NCBI GenBank assembly: GCA_023213395.1
Contig: CM041465.1
Span: 15,004,001-15,068,000 of the forward strand
Direction: 5' to 3'
Source: Cycas panzhihuaensis
Lineage: Eukaryota > Plantae > Cycadophyta
DNA length: 64,000 nucleotides
The notes beneath the pieces were generated by a model. That model was not told where the DNA came from and did not search any database. It saw only the letters and a program-made list of their open reading frames with translations. The first letter of the stretch is position 1. Each line of letters begins with the position of its first letter. The translations under genes were made by a program, and so were the position numbers. Of this stretch, positions 1 to 12,925 are shown piece after piece.

Positions 1-948
1 ATGAAAAATCTTTTTTGGTAGGGAAAAGAAGGTGAAATCAAGATCTAAAAGATAAGAGGACCTCCCCAAGCTATAGTTGTATCCAGGAGCCTATTCTCTC
101 CATCTACAATCAAGAATTTCATCTAAAATCTTCCTTCCAAGGACTATAAAGGATTTTAATCACCAAAATCTCTCCATCTTTTACCATTGTTTCTTCCTTC
201 CAAGTGGGTAAGCCTCATCCATGGTTTATTTTCAGCAAAAATACTATTGTTTTACTTTGCATTTCATCATTTTTATATATGTTTTGCTTGTTTCTTAGGT
301 TTAAAAATAACAATACATCTATTTGGTAGATTTACCATAGAAATCTTAAAAGAAGCATCCTCTCATAATTTTTAAAATTTTTCCAATCATTAGTAAAGGG
401 TATGAATAGAATCTCAATTGGTTAGAGGAGTTTTTGGGAAGGGAAATAGGTCCAAGTTTTGACTTTTGGACCCCCTTTCTATTGGGTAATCCCCTCCCAA
501 CACCATAAGGCATTCTACTTCATGGTGCATGCATATCCTTTCCTAAAGCAATACTTTACGACCATTCCATGAGACAAATAATCCATAGCTCATCATTGAG
601 ATTCTGCATCTTACTTTTATTTCCATTTTTTAGACTAAGAAACCTACAATACTGGGTGATACCCCTTATCATTTAGGAGATCATTACCTCATAGGGGGGT
701 CACGCCATTCTGAGGCACCACTCTCTTCTTCCTCCATTTTATTTTGCTTCTTGCCTGTTGAGATCTTAAAAAGGAAGGTAGAAGTTTTTGGTTGTTTTAC
801 AACTAACAAATATATTGGTAACATTTGCATGAGTATATTTATAGAATACATATTACTTATAGGAAGTTTCCTTGTTTTACTTTGTAGGTTAGAGGCTTGC
901 TCACACTTATAAGGAGGCCTCCATCATAATGTAATTTTGATTTGTATC
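1..948 (+). repeat. Tat-like gypsy LTR, left part (interrupted by the element at 949-10885)
   Basis: Segment ~862-885 (ggaagtttccttgttttactttgt) resembles the reverse complement of 9111-9136 in the long LTR at 8121-10885. It continues at 10891 after the GTATC TSD. TATA-like ctataaa at ~144-150. Confidence 0.55.
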
Positions 949-1528
949 TGGAATCGCACCTATGGGGTAGTAACCACACTTGGTTGAGGTTACATCAATC
1001 AACAGAGAGTTTTAGAAACAAGGATTAACTTAGCAAGTGAAGGAGCTCACTTGCAAAGGGCGTTCGTGTGTTAGAATGCAGGTTTGGGACCTGTGAATGG
1101 CACACAACTCCCTTTTAGGTAACTCAACTTTAGTTTAGAGAGTGGAAGAAATGAGGGATATCCTTGGTTTCCTAAGTAACCTCAATGGATAGGCCCTCCC
1201 ACTCTTGGATGGTCAAAGGAGGGAGGTGAAATAAGGCAAGGGGATGGCTCCTTGTGTGGGATAAAGAGGATTCCTTCAAAAGGAAGAAGGGGCACACTAA
1301 TGAAAGCATATTTATTTTACTCATTAATGCAATATCCTCACTCTCCTTTATTTTCAAATGCAAGAAGGTAAAGAACTAGTCATGAGGGGTTACAAGGCAT
1401 ATGCAAGGGATGCTAGCCTAAGTACATACGACAAGCAAGCATACAAATGAAGATAGCTTCTACTTAATGCACTTTCCTGAATGGGAAAGCAAATTAAGTA
1501 TGTGTAAGTGATGTATGCAAGTTTTCTT
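949..1528 (-). repeat. 3' LTR remnant (U5-side 580 bp) of the Tat-like element
   Basis: Colinear with 8121-8700 (~80-85% identity by eye); paralogous spurious ORFs 1172-1363 and 8296-8535. Confidence 0.9.
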
Positions 1529-1654
1529 TGTTAGAATGTGACAACAAATGGTTGGAAGGCTAAAATTTTGACATGTTGGCAGCGTGGGTTCCCCCATAAA
1601 CCTTCCTCGGGGGATTCCAAGGGGGGCAGGAGCCCCCCTTGGCCAGTGGGGTGT

Positions 1655-2480
1655 GGGGTGTAGATAGATGTGCAGTACACCCATAGGGCAGAAGGGAGTT
1701 AGAAGTACTAATCTTTATGAGATTGGGCAATAGTTTTCTTTAAGATGTTTATAAGGGTTTTGTTAAATGACTCAGCTTGGCCGTTGGCCTAAGGGTAATA
1801 GGGAGAGGAGGTTTTATGAGAAATTTTAAATTTCTCACAAAGCTCATCCATCTCCTTATTATAAAAAGAAGTTCTATTGTCCGTGTTCAAGACATCTAGG
1901 ACTCCAAAATGACAAATGATATGCTAGTAGACAAAGGTGGCTATCATCTTGCCAGAAGTAGAAGATAAAGGGACTGCTTCAGCCCATTTGGTGAAGTAAT
2001 CTGTTGCAGTCAAGATGAACTTGTAGTACGACGAAGAAGGTGGGGATATAGCTCTAATAAGGTCCAACCCCCATTGGGAGAAGGGCCATGGAGATATGAC
2101 AGGATGAAGGGCCTCAGAAGGCAAGTGGGTGATGTTAGCATGCTCTTAGCATCGCTAACATCTCAGGGCATAAGCGTGGGCATCCTTAAAGAGGGCCGGC
2201 CAATAGCACCCCATGTAAAGGATCCTTTGGGCCATGGATTGGCCTCCAAAATCCCCCTGTAAATGCCATTGTGGCATTCATGAAGTATTTAGTCTGCTTT
2301 ACTAAGGTTGATGCAGTAGAGAAGGATCCCGTCAAAGGATCTCTTATACAATACTTCTCTCATAAAAAAATATTGCTTGGCAGTAGCTTGAATACGCAAC
2401 CTAACCTTATCGCTGGCTTCAGGATGATACTACTACTTGACAAGATATCACATAATGTCTCCATACCACTCACTATTGAC
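1655..2480 (-). pseudogene. pol: gypsy integrase (zinc-binding region and core), C-terminus deleted
   Basis: ILHECHNG; LHPVISPWPFSQWGLDLI; ATDYFTKWAEAVPL; SSPYYP*ANGQAESFNK; ends at LPSALWVYCTSIYTP. Confidence 0.9.
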
Positions 2481-2619
2481 AAGTGGATGAGGAGGAGAAT
2501 CCTAAATGGCTAAAATAGGCTCATTAGGCAAAGAGTCATCGACAGGAATACCAGAAGGGTTTGGGATGGATGTGTCGGTAAGTTGCTTGTCCACCACTAT
2601 CTCTTTCTTTAATTTCCTG

Positions 2620-3990
2620 TTGATAATTCATAGATCAAACTCTTGAAGGAGTATGACTTACTTTCCAATCCTACTTGTCAAGTCAGACCAGGTAAGTAAG
2701 TATCTCAGGGGATCAAATTGGATGATCACCTGAGTAGTGTTCCCAAGCAAGTAGTGCCTAAACTTCTTAGTGGTGTGCACTAAGGAGAGGTACTCCTTCT
2801 TGGTAGGGAAGTAATTAAGTTCAATAGCTATGAGGGTGTGACTAATAAAATAGATGGCCCTTTCAATTCCTGAATCATCCTCTTGGGCTAACATAGCATC
2901 CAAGGACTCGTTAGTAGCTGAAGTATAGAGAATGAATGGTCTATCAAAGAGAGGGGCACCAATGTTGGGGTAGAAGTGAGGGCTTCCTTAAGCCCTTCAA
3001 AGGCTTGTTAGGCATTTGAAGACCAAATAAACGGGGCCCCTTTCTTTAACAGATTGGTAAGGGGTTTGGCATTTATGGTGAAATTCAGCAGGAAATGCCT
3101 AAGAAATCCAAGCCTACCCAAAAACAATTTGATCTATCATTAGGTTTTAGGAGTCAGTATGCCGAGGATGGCCTTGACTTTATTGGGGTCAATTTGGATT
3201 CCTTACTTTAAGACAAGGAAACCAATGAGTTTTCCAACTATTACAACAAATACACATTTGAGGGGGTTGAGGCTTACATGGTATTTGTGACACAGTGTGA
3301 AGATGGCTCGCAAATCAGAAGGATGGTGGGCCCTAATACGTGAGAGACCCATCATATCGTCCATGAAAACCTTTAAGGTTTTGTTGATAAGGTCATGAAA
3401 GATGAATTGCATCGCCCTTTGATAGGTGGCGCCTGCATTCTTTAGCCCAAAGAGCATCGCCTTGTAGGCGAAGGTACCTTAAGGGGTAGTGAAGGCCGTC
3501 TTATGATGATCTTCAGGCAAAATTTGGATTTAGTTGTAGCCGGAGACGCCATCTATTAAGGACATGACTTTAAAACTGGTAGCTCAATCAATGATTTGAT
3601 TAATGAAGGGGAGTGGGAAGTTATCCTTTGGACACACATTATTGATGTCTCAGAAATCAACGCATATCCTAATTGTCCCATTCTTTTTAGTAACTGGGAC
3701 AATGTTAGACACCCACTTGGGGTAGTCGATAGAAGTGATTAATGCCACATGTAGGAGTGTTTCAACTTCCATCTTGATGGCAGTTGAAAGTTTGGGATGA
3801 AGAGGGCACTACTTTTGACACATGGGGTAAGCACCCAGAATGGTGGTAAGGTTATGGGTAACAATCAAAAGGTCTATTCCCTTCATATTAGAATAATCCC
3901 ATGCGAAGACATCTCAGAATTCTTGGAATAGAAGGGTGTATTCTTTCATTTTGTTAGGAGAGAATTCTACTCCTACCTTTATGACCTTAC
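2620..3990 (-). pseudogene. pol: gypsy reverse transcriptase + RNase H with stops and frameshifts
   Basis: WVSNIVPVTKKNGTIRICVDF; FGLKNAGATYQRAM; VFMDD; RH motifs MLAQEDDSGIERAIYFISHTL and KKFRHYLL. Confidence 0.92.
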
Positions 3991-4799
3991 CCAGGGCAAG
4001 GACTATGTCATTGGTTGCCCCCATGCACATAGCATTCCCTTCCTAAAAGCGAAGGGGGGCTCGGTTAATAGGAGGGGATATGATAGGAGATGTATTTGGG
4101 TATGCAAGAGATGACCCAATAGCTAAGACCTTCTAGTGACCAAGCTGATGGTGACCAGAAGGGAAATTAGGCATGGAGCCCACTAAATACTCGAGTAAAG
4201 CCTCATCATCCTCGAAGTAGTCCACCCCATGGATGACCACACCTCAAGAAGGCAAGGAAAGAGGAGTGGTGGGATCATAATAGTCGACCACCACTCGACA
4301 TATCTAAGGGACTCTTTGAAAGAGTCAGAAAGAGTCCTCCTATAAGGAGTGACAGGAGGTACCCCGACTTCATTGCCTATGGGGGGTAGCGAAGAGGAAG
4401 ATGCAATGATAAGAGAGATCAATTGGATGGCAGGAGTGATAACATATGATCTAAGGGAAGAGCTAGTCTCTTTAATAGTGGGGGTTTTAGGTTAGGACCT
4501 GAAACGAGGGAAGTGCCCCCTACTCGTGCGTAGGAGAGATGTGGGATGAGAAAAGTCCTCATCCTCACCATTAGACTTGTCATCGCTAAGCATGGCAAGA
4601 TACCCATAACTCCCTACACCAATAGGGGTGAAGCATATAAGGTTGGAGGAAGAAGATGAAGGGCCTTCTTTGAAAGGGGATGAATCAGGGATATTGATGG
4701 AATAAGCAGAAACTTAGGCTGAAGGGCCCTTATCACCCTTGTCCTTAACGTAAGTCACTTGATGAGGTTGGCAAGATTGCTTGGTGGGAGAAGGCTCTT

Positions 4800-5180
4800 G
4801 GGAGACAACTATCATTCACCCCTCATGGATGAACTTAAGTTATCCCCATCATGATGAACACATGGCTCTCATTTGGTCGAGCTATGGGCATCCTAATAAA
4901 AGGTTGTATTCGATGTTGACGTTGAGAACTACAATGTCAGTTAGGACAGTCTTATCCTCGAGAGTGAGGGGGATGGACACTGATCCCAAGGGTGTCTTTT
5001 CACTACCATCATAGCCTTGACACCACCATGGAACTAGCTCTAGGGCCGATATGCTAAGCTCTTGCATGACACTCAAGGGCATGGCATTGATAGAAGAGCC
5101 ATCGTCTACAACAGTTCTCTGTAGAGTGTAGTCGGGAGTATTCATAGTTATGGGGAAAGGGAAATGCTATTGGCATTCCC
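4800..5180 (-). pseudogene. pol: gypsy aspartic protease
   Basis: ORF 4882-5145: VVDDGSSINAMP ... YNLLLGCP (DxGS and LLGRPW-like motifs). Confidence 0.85.
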
Positions 5181-6212
5181 TTTCGCTAGTTAGAGGAAGA
5201 TCCTTGAGATTGAAAGAGATGATGGATTCATGACTTGGGGTGATGCCCAAGGCATGAATGGATGTGTCACCTAATCCCAAGGATTCTAAAAGTAGTCTAC
5301 GTTGTTCAGGGTATCTCTTGAAGACATTGATTATGGAATCCCTACAACCACAATGTAGAGCTCATCGATAATGGAGAAGGGCTTCCTCTTCATGGTAAGT
5401 TGGAGGAGAGCTCTTCGAAAGTCGTAGTGATTGGGGTGCAAAGGAATGGTCTTGGGGAATGCAGGGACTTTCAGAAGAGGGACTTCTAGAAAGGAATCGA
5501 GGTGAGGTATGGAAGAAGAGACATTGTTCACCTCTTTAGCTACTTGAGACCAGGTCAGGGCATATAATGGTGTGGTCTTGAGCATTTGGATGACCTTCTT
5601 TCCCTTGTCTCGGGATCAAGAAGGTGAGGGAGTGCGATAGTCAGGAGAACCAGAGGAGGAGGATGACTTCCTCGTACCCTTCCCCTTGGTTTGAGAAGGG
5701 CGAGGGTTTGGTGATCTTCCTCTGTTTCGGTTACCTCTTTGTTGGTTGTTGCGATAATATTCCCCATGCTTGGGGAATGAATCCTTATGGACTGGCTACT
5801 CTAAGTTGAGCTTAGATGCCCATTTGGGAGAAGAATCACATTGTAGGATAGCTCTAGGGTGATGGGCCCGGTATTATGAATTTTCATGGAAACTTTCCCT
5901 ATAGATGGAACATCATTTCTTCTCTAGAGAGTAATCAGGCTTCCTCATTTGAGAAGATTGGGTGTTACCACCCTTAGGGGGAGCAACTTGAGAAGCCTGG
6001 TGAATTAGTTTATGTGAGGTAGGGGATGAAGAAGCTTGGAGTTTTAGCTCCTTCATGGTACGTTTGAATGAACGTATAGTGGAAGTGAGGGGATCCAAAG
6101 TCTTCTCGGTAGGATGGGAAGCAGACCTGGCAGGCTATTAGATTTTAGTTTCTCAGGGTGGAGGAGGTACCTCACATCATTTTGAGAGCTTCAGAGGCCT
6201 CCTAAGTCTGGC

Positions 6213-7990
6213 TTAGATCTCAATGGCCTCAAGTACCAAGCACTTGGCTATGGCAGAGTCACACATTGTTGCCCCTATTTTAAGGACTTCGATGTGGACT
6301 TCAGGACGTAGGGCATTGACAAAGAGGTCCCTCTTCAACTCCTCAAGCAGGGTTGCCTTTGTGGAGTGAAGAAGGTCATGAAAGTGTCTTATAAAGTCAT
6401 AATTCATCTCATCGTGACCTTGTTTAAGAGACAAGAGGGCTTTCATTCTGCTCTCGAACAGATGTGCTACATCAAAATATTTGACAAATTTGTCCATGAG
6501 TTGTTGGAATGAAAAGATTGAATGTGCTGGCAGGTGATATAACCACTTAAGGACATTGCCTTGAAGGGATCGTAGGAAGAGTTTCATAAGGATATGGTCA
6601 TAGGCCCAGTAATTGATACATGCCATAGAAAAGATATAAACATGCTATGTTGGGTCCTGTGATGAGGTCCCATCGAATTTAGAAACCTCAAGAGGGTGAG
6701 GTGGTAAGTTGGTTCTTAGCACCTCAATAGATAGGGGTGTCGATCTATAGTCCATAAAGGGGTGTACCCTCGGTTGGACCATAGGATCAACGAGAGATAG
6801 AAGAGGAGGTGGACAAGGTTGCCCAAATCCTCCTTGGGGAATTTGATTCAAAAGGGGATATTGGCCTCCTCTCGTCTGGTGAGAAGACACTAGTCCCGCA
6901 TTCGAAGGAACATACATAGGAGTAGATGGGGGTGAGGGACCCATCCCTCCTTGAGAAAATGCCCCTTGTTAGAAAGGAGCTTAAGGGATAATACCTTGGG
7001 AGAGGGAATGCCCTCCTTGTAAAGGCGTAACATGAGGTGTGACATAGGAAGATGGAAAATATGGGTGAGGGACCGAGTTTTGCCCATATGGGCCGCTTGT
7101 GGGTGGTGCAACCCCATATGGGTGCAAAGGGTCTACCCCATAAGCTGGAAGGGAGTTTCCCTTACCATGTCCCCATGGTTGAGATGTGTAGCTTGGGGGT
7201 ACATAAAAGGAATAATCTCTAAGATGATCTTAAGAGTATAGGGGGAAGGCCCCATATGGATAGAAGTAGGGGCGCATACGAGTCTACTAGATCAAGAAGG
7301 TGGTGGATAAACTATAGTCAAAGGAGGTATAATCATTTGACTAGAAGGAGGCATGCTCAACCTAAGTTGGGAAGAGGATATACCTTGGGTGGTCCTCAAG
7401 GAGTATGGGCCATGAGGAGAGGAAGATAGGATAAAAAATAAACTCATTGTTGGTAGAGGAGTTGGATGGGATGGATGAGGCAAGGCAGATGTAGAAGAAG
7501 GAAGCACAATGCTTCTCAAGATGCTCTCAAACCACTTAGGATACAATTGGAGATGAGCAGCTTGGAAGCATTGGCTAAGGGCTTTAACCACATCGATAGG
7601 AGGGGTATCTGCTTGATCATAAGAGGTAGATAGAACCTCATATGAAGCATACCCCGCGGGATGATCCTCATGAGAGTCACCATTATGGAAGTGAAACTCT
7701 AGAGGGGATAAGGCCTCTACTTCATGAGTAGAGAGATGGTGGACGTATGGCTATTGTTGGTCACCCAGATAAAAGATAGGGTCCTCGCCCTCTTGGTCAG
7801 ACCCTTGAAAAGAGGTAGAAGGCTTGTATGATTCATATGCATAGGCATGATATGCCCAATCCAAGGGAAATCCCTCCATAGTCAAATCAGAATCCAACAA
7901 AGGAAGAGAGTGATAAGATGGGTCTTCCGACAAAGGAGGGAGGCCTCGCAAGTGACATGATCACAAATAAGTTTTGCTCGTAGGTTGGAA
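6213..7990 (-). pseudogene. gag: gypsy Gag (Retrotrans_gag core) with long Pro/Ser/His-rich N-terminal region
   Basis: SKFDGTSSQDP; KLFLRSLQGNVLKWLYHLPAHSI; LLSLKQGHDE; FVNALRPEV; upstream Pro-rich ORF fragments 6645-7951. Confidence 0.85.
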
Positions 7991-8100
7991 GAAGGAGCAA
8001 GAAATAAAGTAGCTAGAGCATTGGGGGTTGCCCAACAAACCAAAGAGAGCTACCAAGCAGAAGTAGCACTAACAGGAAGGGATTGATCCCTTACTAGCGG

Positions 8101-8119
8101 GTCCCCAGTATGAACGCTA
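8101..8119 (-). promoter_or_regulatory. degenerate primer-binding site, tRNA-Arg-like (Tat/Ogre type)
   Basis: Minus strand tagcgttcatactggggac, 1 nt from the LTR end; ends in CTGGGGAC like the TGGCGACTCCGCTGGGGAC-type PBS (12/19 match). Confidence 0.6.
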
Positions 8120-8120
8120 G

Positions 8121-10885
8121 TGGAATCACATCTATGGGATAGTAACCACACTTGGTTGAGATTAGATCAATCAACGAAGAGTTTTAGAAATAAGGATCAA
8201 TGCAACAAGTGAAGGAGATCACCCACAAAGGGCGTTTGTTCATCAAAATGTAGGTTTGCGACCCGCGAATAGCACACAAGTCCTTTTTGGGTAACTTAAC
8301 TTTGGTTTGGAGGGTGGAAGAAATAAGGGATATCCTCAGTTTCCTGAGTAACCTCAATGGATAGGCCCTCCCGCCCTTGGATGGTTGAAGGAGGGAGGTG
8401 AAATAAGGTGAGGGGATGGCTCCTCGCATGGGATGAAGGGGATTTCTTCAAAAGGAAGAAAGGGCACGCTAATGAAAGCACGCTTATTTTACTCACTAAT
8501 GCAATATCCTCACTCTCCTTTGTTTTTAAATGCAAGAAGGTAAAGAACTAGTCAAGAGGGGTTGCAAGGCATATGCAAGGGATGCTAGCCTAAGTACGTA
8601 TGACAAGCAAGCATGCAAATAGATATGGCTTATACTTGATGCATTTTCTTGAATGGGCAAGGAAATTAATTATGTGCAAGCGATGTATGTAAGTTCTCTT
8701 TTCCTCTTTTCCTTTTATGTGTTATGCATATAAGAAGACAAACTCAAGCAAGAGAATGAGCGACGGAAAGAGAATAAGCGACATACCTAGAGAATCATGC
8801 AGTTAGAGGAGCACTTTCTATTCATCACACTCACCTTCCTCTTGCTATTCTTGGGTGCAAGTGGCAAGATGTAGTGATGCCAGGGGCTTCCTTACCTTCC
8901 CCAAGTTTAAAAGAAGAAAAGCAGAAAGGAAAGAAGGAAAGAACTATGCAAAAGACTTAATGGTAATATCATAGAGAAGAGCAAGAACATACCTAGGTTG
9001 ATGTGATTCCTTTTTTCTCCACATACAATGAAGAGGAGACCTGTAATCAAGTGATGTTTCCCCTTCCTACGAGGCTGCTAGGGTATAAGATGTATGTGTA
9101 TATGAAATATATAAAGTAAAACAAAGCAAGTTTCCCAAATCAAAAGAGACTTTTGCATTCAAAAGATGACCTTCAATTTCTCTTTTTGCAAGAAAAGACA
9201 AGAAAGGAAAAAAGGGATGGTTAGCCTTGGAATGGCTAACCCTGAAAGATCAAAAACCTCCACGCTACCCAAGCACAAGTACAGTAAACAAAGATAGTGT
9301 ATTCAAGGCTAGATGTATGGGTGACAGGTTGTAACAATGTTGAAAATGTTGCAAAAGTTATAATATGAAGCTTTTACAACCTCTAACTAATCTAACACCC
9401 AAAGATAGGTAGGGCTAGATTAGGGGCTACAATTCTTGCCTACATAAGGCTCACAAAATTGGGAGCAAGTGTAGCAATGGGTTGCATACACTATAACTAG
9501 CAGTGACCTCTCTTCTGGGAAGTCTTTAGCAACCCAAGGGAAGCACAAAGGAGAAAGAGGAAAGGGGAGAAGGGGGCTGCCCTTGAGGATAAGGCTAGCT
9601 AGGTTATGGAGCCTACCTTGACTCCTTTCACTCACCCTTTTGAGACCTCTTCCTCACTGCCTCCTTAGAGAAACTAGGGAAGAGCTGGGAGGAAAAATGG
9701 ATAGGCAAGAAAAGAGGAGAGGCTGCCTCCTATGTGCAATAGAAAAACTAAAAAATAGGGGTATTACAAGGCATTCAAACCACTTTTTCAATAATGTAAA
9801 GGGAGTAAAGTGAAATGAAGGTAGGGGAATACCTACTGAGGGTAGATTAGGAGTAGATTTACCTAAGAGAATAGGGACAAATGGGCAGCCCTGTAAGGTT
9901 TATAGGTGAAACCCTATGGAGGTTACAAGATCTAGAGGCAAGTGCAATTATTGTGCTTGGAGGTGAGCTTAGAGTGTATCTTTCCTTGAGGCAACCTTGT
10001 TTCAGGCCTGCTGCTGCAAATCTAGAGCTATAGAGGGCTGATCTCAGGCTAAAGAGCTGGTATACCAGGTGTTGCAGAGCATTTTTATAGGAAGCTATGA
10101 AGAATAAGTGAGAGAGAGAGTTTTTTGAGAGTGGAAGAGGAGGAAATAAGTCTTTTTGGGTTTTAAACTCAACCCTAGCTCAATCGAGCAATTAGGATTT
10201 CATTGGGGCTGGGAATATGCCTTTTCCATGTGGCAAATTTATAATAAATGTGAAATTTACTATGGAAAATTAAAAAAAATAGTGTGTGACAGTCACCCCA
10301 TGGCAAACTTCACAGTACCGTGAAGTTTACAGCGGTCGTGATCTTTACCATGATGCAGAAATAACATGGGGAAAATAAGAGAAACAAGAGGTTAAGAGCC
10401 TAAAAGGGAGGTACTTTAGGCATAAGGGGGCACGCCATTTTATCCGAGTAGTAGGATACAGTCATGGGACCAAAGAGACTTGTGCTGGGTAAAGTACCAA
10501 AGGCATGAAGCTCCAAAAAGTTGATAAACAAATGAAAATACATCAACCACACCTAGGTAAGGTGTTAGAGGTTGAGGTGTGCCAATGGAGTTATGAGTAG
10601 AACACAAGGGCTGAATTGTGCTTGGGATGACATGGAGACATGTAGGAGGGTTGTGGAGTGCCATGGGATCCATGTCCCTAAATCGTCATAGGCTAGAATG
10701 ATGTCAGCTGACATGATCAAGTAGTGAATGCATAATGTTTATGCAAATGAACCAGTTAATCATGCAATGAAAATAAAGAGGCACTTCAATTTACGTTTCT
10801 TGAATTGACTAAGGCAAAGGATAGAAGCGCACCTATACTTACCTAAGTCGACTCATCCATACCCATTCCTGGTAGCCAAGAAACA
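8121..10885 (-). repeat. 5' LTR (~2.77 kb) of the Tat-like element
   Basis: Bounded by the PBS on one side and CA+TSD on the other; long LTRs are typical of Tat/Ogre. Confidence 0.8.
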
Positions 10886-10890
10886 GTATC

Positions 10891-12300
10891 TTAGCATCAT
10901 AGTTGGTTTATACTTCCACTTTGTTGCCTTTACTCTTTCTTTTCATTTCCTTTTGCAACTTTGTATTTGAGTTTGGGGAAGGTAAGGAAGCCCCTTTTTG
11001 CTCTTAATGACATTTGTGACAACAAAAGAGCTCATGTCACTGGGAAGAGAGGAATGTGGGGGAAAGAAACTGTGAGATTGACATCAAATGTCGCATATCA
11101 GGTGCACCTTTTCCAAACCCATCTTCCTATTGCTTGTTCCTTTCCAAGTTCATTTATTGATAAATTGTAACTAAAGGAAAAGGGTTAATTTGCATGTAGC
11201 ACATTCTTAGTTTTTTTTTTCTTTTGAAAAGGAAAAGGCATATATACATTCACTTCCTCTCTTCTCTTTTATGAAAAGAGCATAGCAGGGAGGGATTGTT
11301 TCTTTTATTTATGCATGTACATTACATATAAAATGTGAAGCTACAACATTAAGTAAAAAGTGTTTCCTTCTCTTTCCCTTTTTACATTAAAAGAAAAAAT
11401 GTTACATAGACTTCATCACCTCTTTCTCACCTTTGCATACATGTACATGTGTGGAAATGAAATATGGGAAAACAATCAATGCATCCCTTTCTTTTTGGAA
11501 AGATAAGAATAGGAAATATTGTATAAATAAGAAAAGGAAACATTACATGAACTATACACCCCTTTATCATTCTTACATATGTACACATATGTAGGAAAGG
11601 GAATTAGGAAACATGATGGAACTAAATTGCATGTTTCCTCCTTACATTGTGAAGAAACTTAATTAAGAAGAGATATTTGTAACATTATCTTCTTTTTCCC
11701 CCTCGTGCATCCCATGATTGCCTCCCCTTAAGTGAAAAGAAAGGGAGAGTGAAAGTGAGTTAGTGCAATACATATGTTTTGTTAAAATGAACATTTTGCC
11801 TTGTAAACCTTGTGATCCCACTTTGCATAACAAATTACACCTTAAACCAACAAAAGAATCATAACATTACTCCCTCCTGCAACCAAGAGAAATGTTAAAT
11901 AGAACTTTACACTATGTCTTAAATCCTAAAGATAACCCTTTAGGTACAGAGCAAACAACTCCAAACCCTAGTTTTATACCTTGTTCCTATATTGCTTCCC
12001 TTTTCTGAAAGGCGATCCTTTATTGCTTCCTTTCCCAATGAGGACATGAGAGCCTCACTTAGGCTACTCGATAACCTAAGGATGCCACCTTTTCTACTAT
12101 CTATACTTGATATCTCACCTCAACTCTTCTAGAGTAGATAGGGCAACATGTGTGTTGTAGGTCCTCAAACCTATGTTTTAACACATGAATGCCTTTTGAG
12201 GGTAATCTAATCTTCTCTTGCACTTCTATACCCTTATTCATTAACTTAGTACTTAGCTAGAGTGTTATATATCTTAGTGATCCCTAGAGGTGTACTTCCA
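10891..12300 (+). repeat. Tat-like gypsy LTR, right part, ending ...gaggtgtacttcca
   Basis: ttggggaaggtaaggaagcccc (~10973-10994) is the reverse complement of ~8883-8904; 12050-12300 aligns loosely to the reverse complement of 949-1200, both ending in ttcca. Confidence 0.65.
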
Positions 12301-12305
12301 TCAAC

Positions 12306-12925
12306 TTATGAAACCATGTATTTCAGGTAGGCACTTAGCGATTTGGGACTGTATTAGGATGAGGTAACTACATTATACTGCGACAATTATTGTACCTTAA
12401 AGATTGCTAAGAATCTACTATTCCATATTTGTAGCAAATACATTAAGGTGTATCATCACTTCATCAGGAAATAGATCTAAAATAGAGAGGTCAAAATATT
12501 GCATAGACCAATAGAGGATTAGATTGTTAATATTTTCACCAAACTTTTACATAGTGACAAGTTTGATAAATTCATATTTTGTGTTTGCATTAAAGCCAAT
12601 GATATGAACATTAAGAGGGAGTGTTAGATTAATGTTCATACATGGAAAAAATAGGATAGGTGAGTTGTTAAAGCCTTTAATTAGATTATAACACATGTTT
12701 GGGCAGTTATAAGTTCATTATTGATCATTCTCAATCCCACTTGTACTTATAAATGTACAATATTATATACTATATTATAGAGTGTATGGATTCTTAATGA
12801 ATGCTAAGTTAATTTGATGGTAGACCAATTCTACCATAGAAAACCTATGTTTATGTGTATTTGTTTGGTTCCATTTTTAATCTAAACTTTCATCTTAAAA
12901 TGTATAATATTTTATTTGAATATCT
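12306..12925 (+). mobile_element. Ty1/copia 3' fragment: RNase H, PPT and 3' LTR
   Basis: TTLYCDNYCTLKIAKNLLFHICSKYIKVYHHFIRK...IVNIFTK; PPT aagagggag then TGTTAG at 12622; LTR right end approximate. Confidence 0.8.

Larger units (their letters stand above)
949..10885 (-). mobile_element. Ty3/gypsy Tat-like LTR retrotransposon, decayed, with internal 3' deletion
   Basis: TG at 949 and CA at 10884-10885; identical 5-bp flanks GTATC (944-948, 10886-10890); direct repeat 949-1528 vs 8121-8700; gag-PR-RT-RH-INT order on the minus strand. Confidence 0.9.

Noticed and set aside
1172-1363. Duplicated small protein gene (with 8296-8535)
   Set aside because: Both ORFs lie in the two LTR copies; their similarity reflects LTR duplication.
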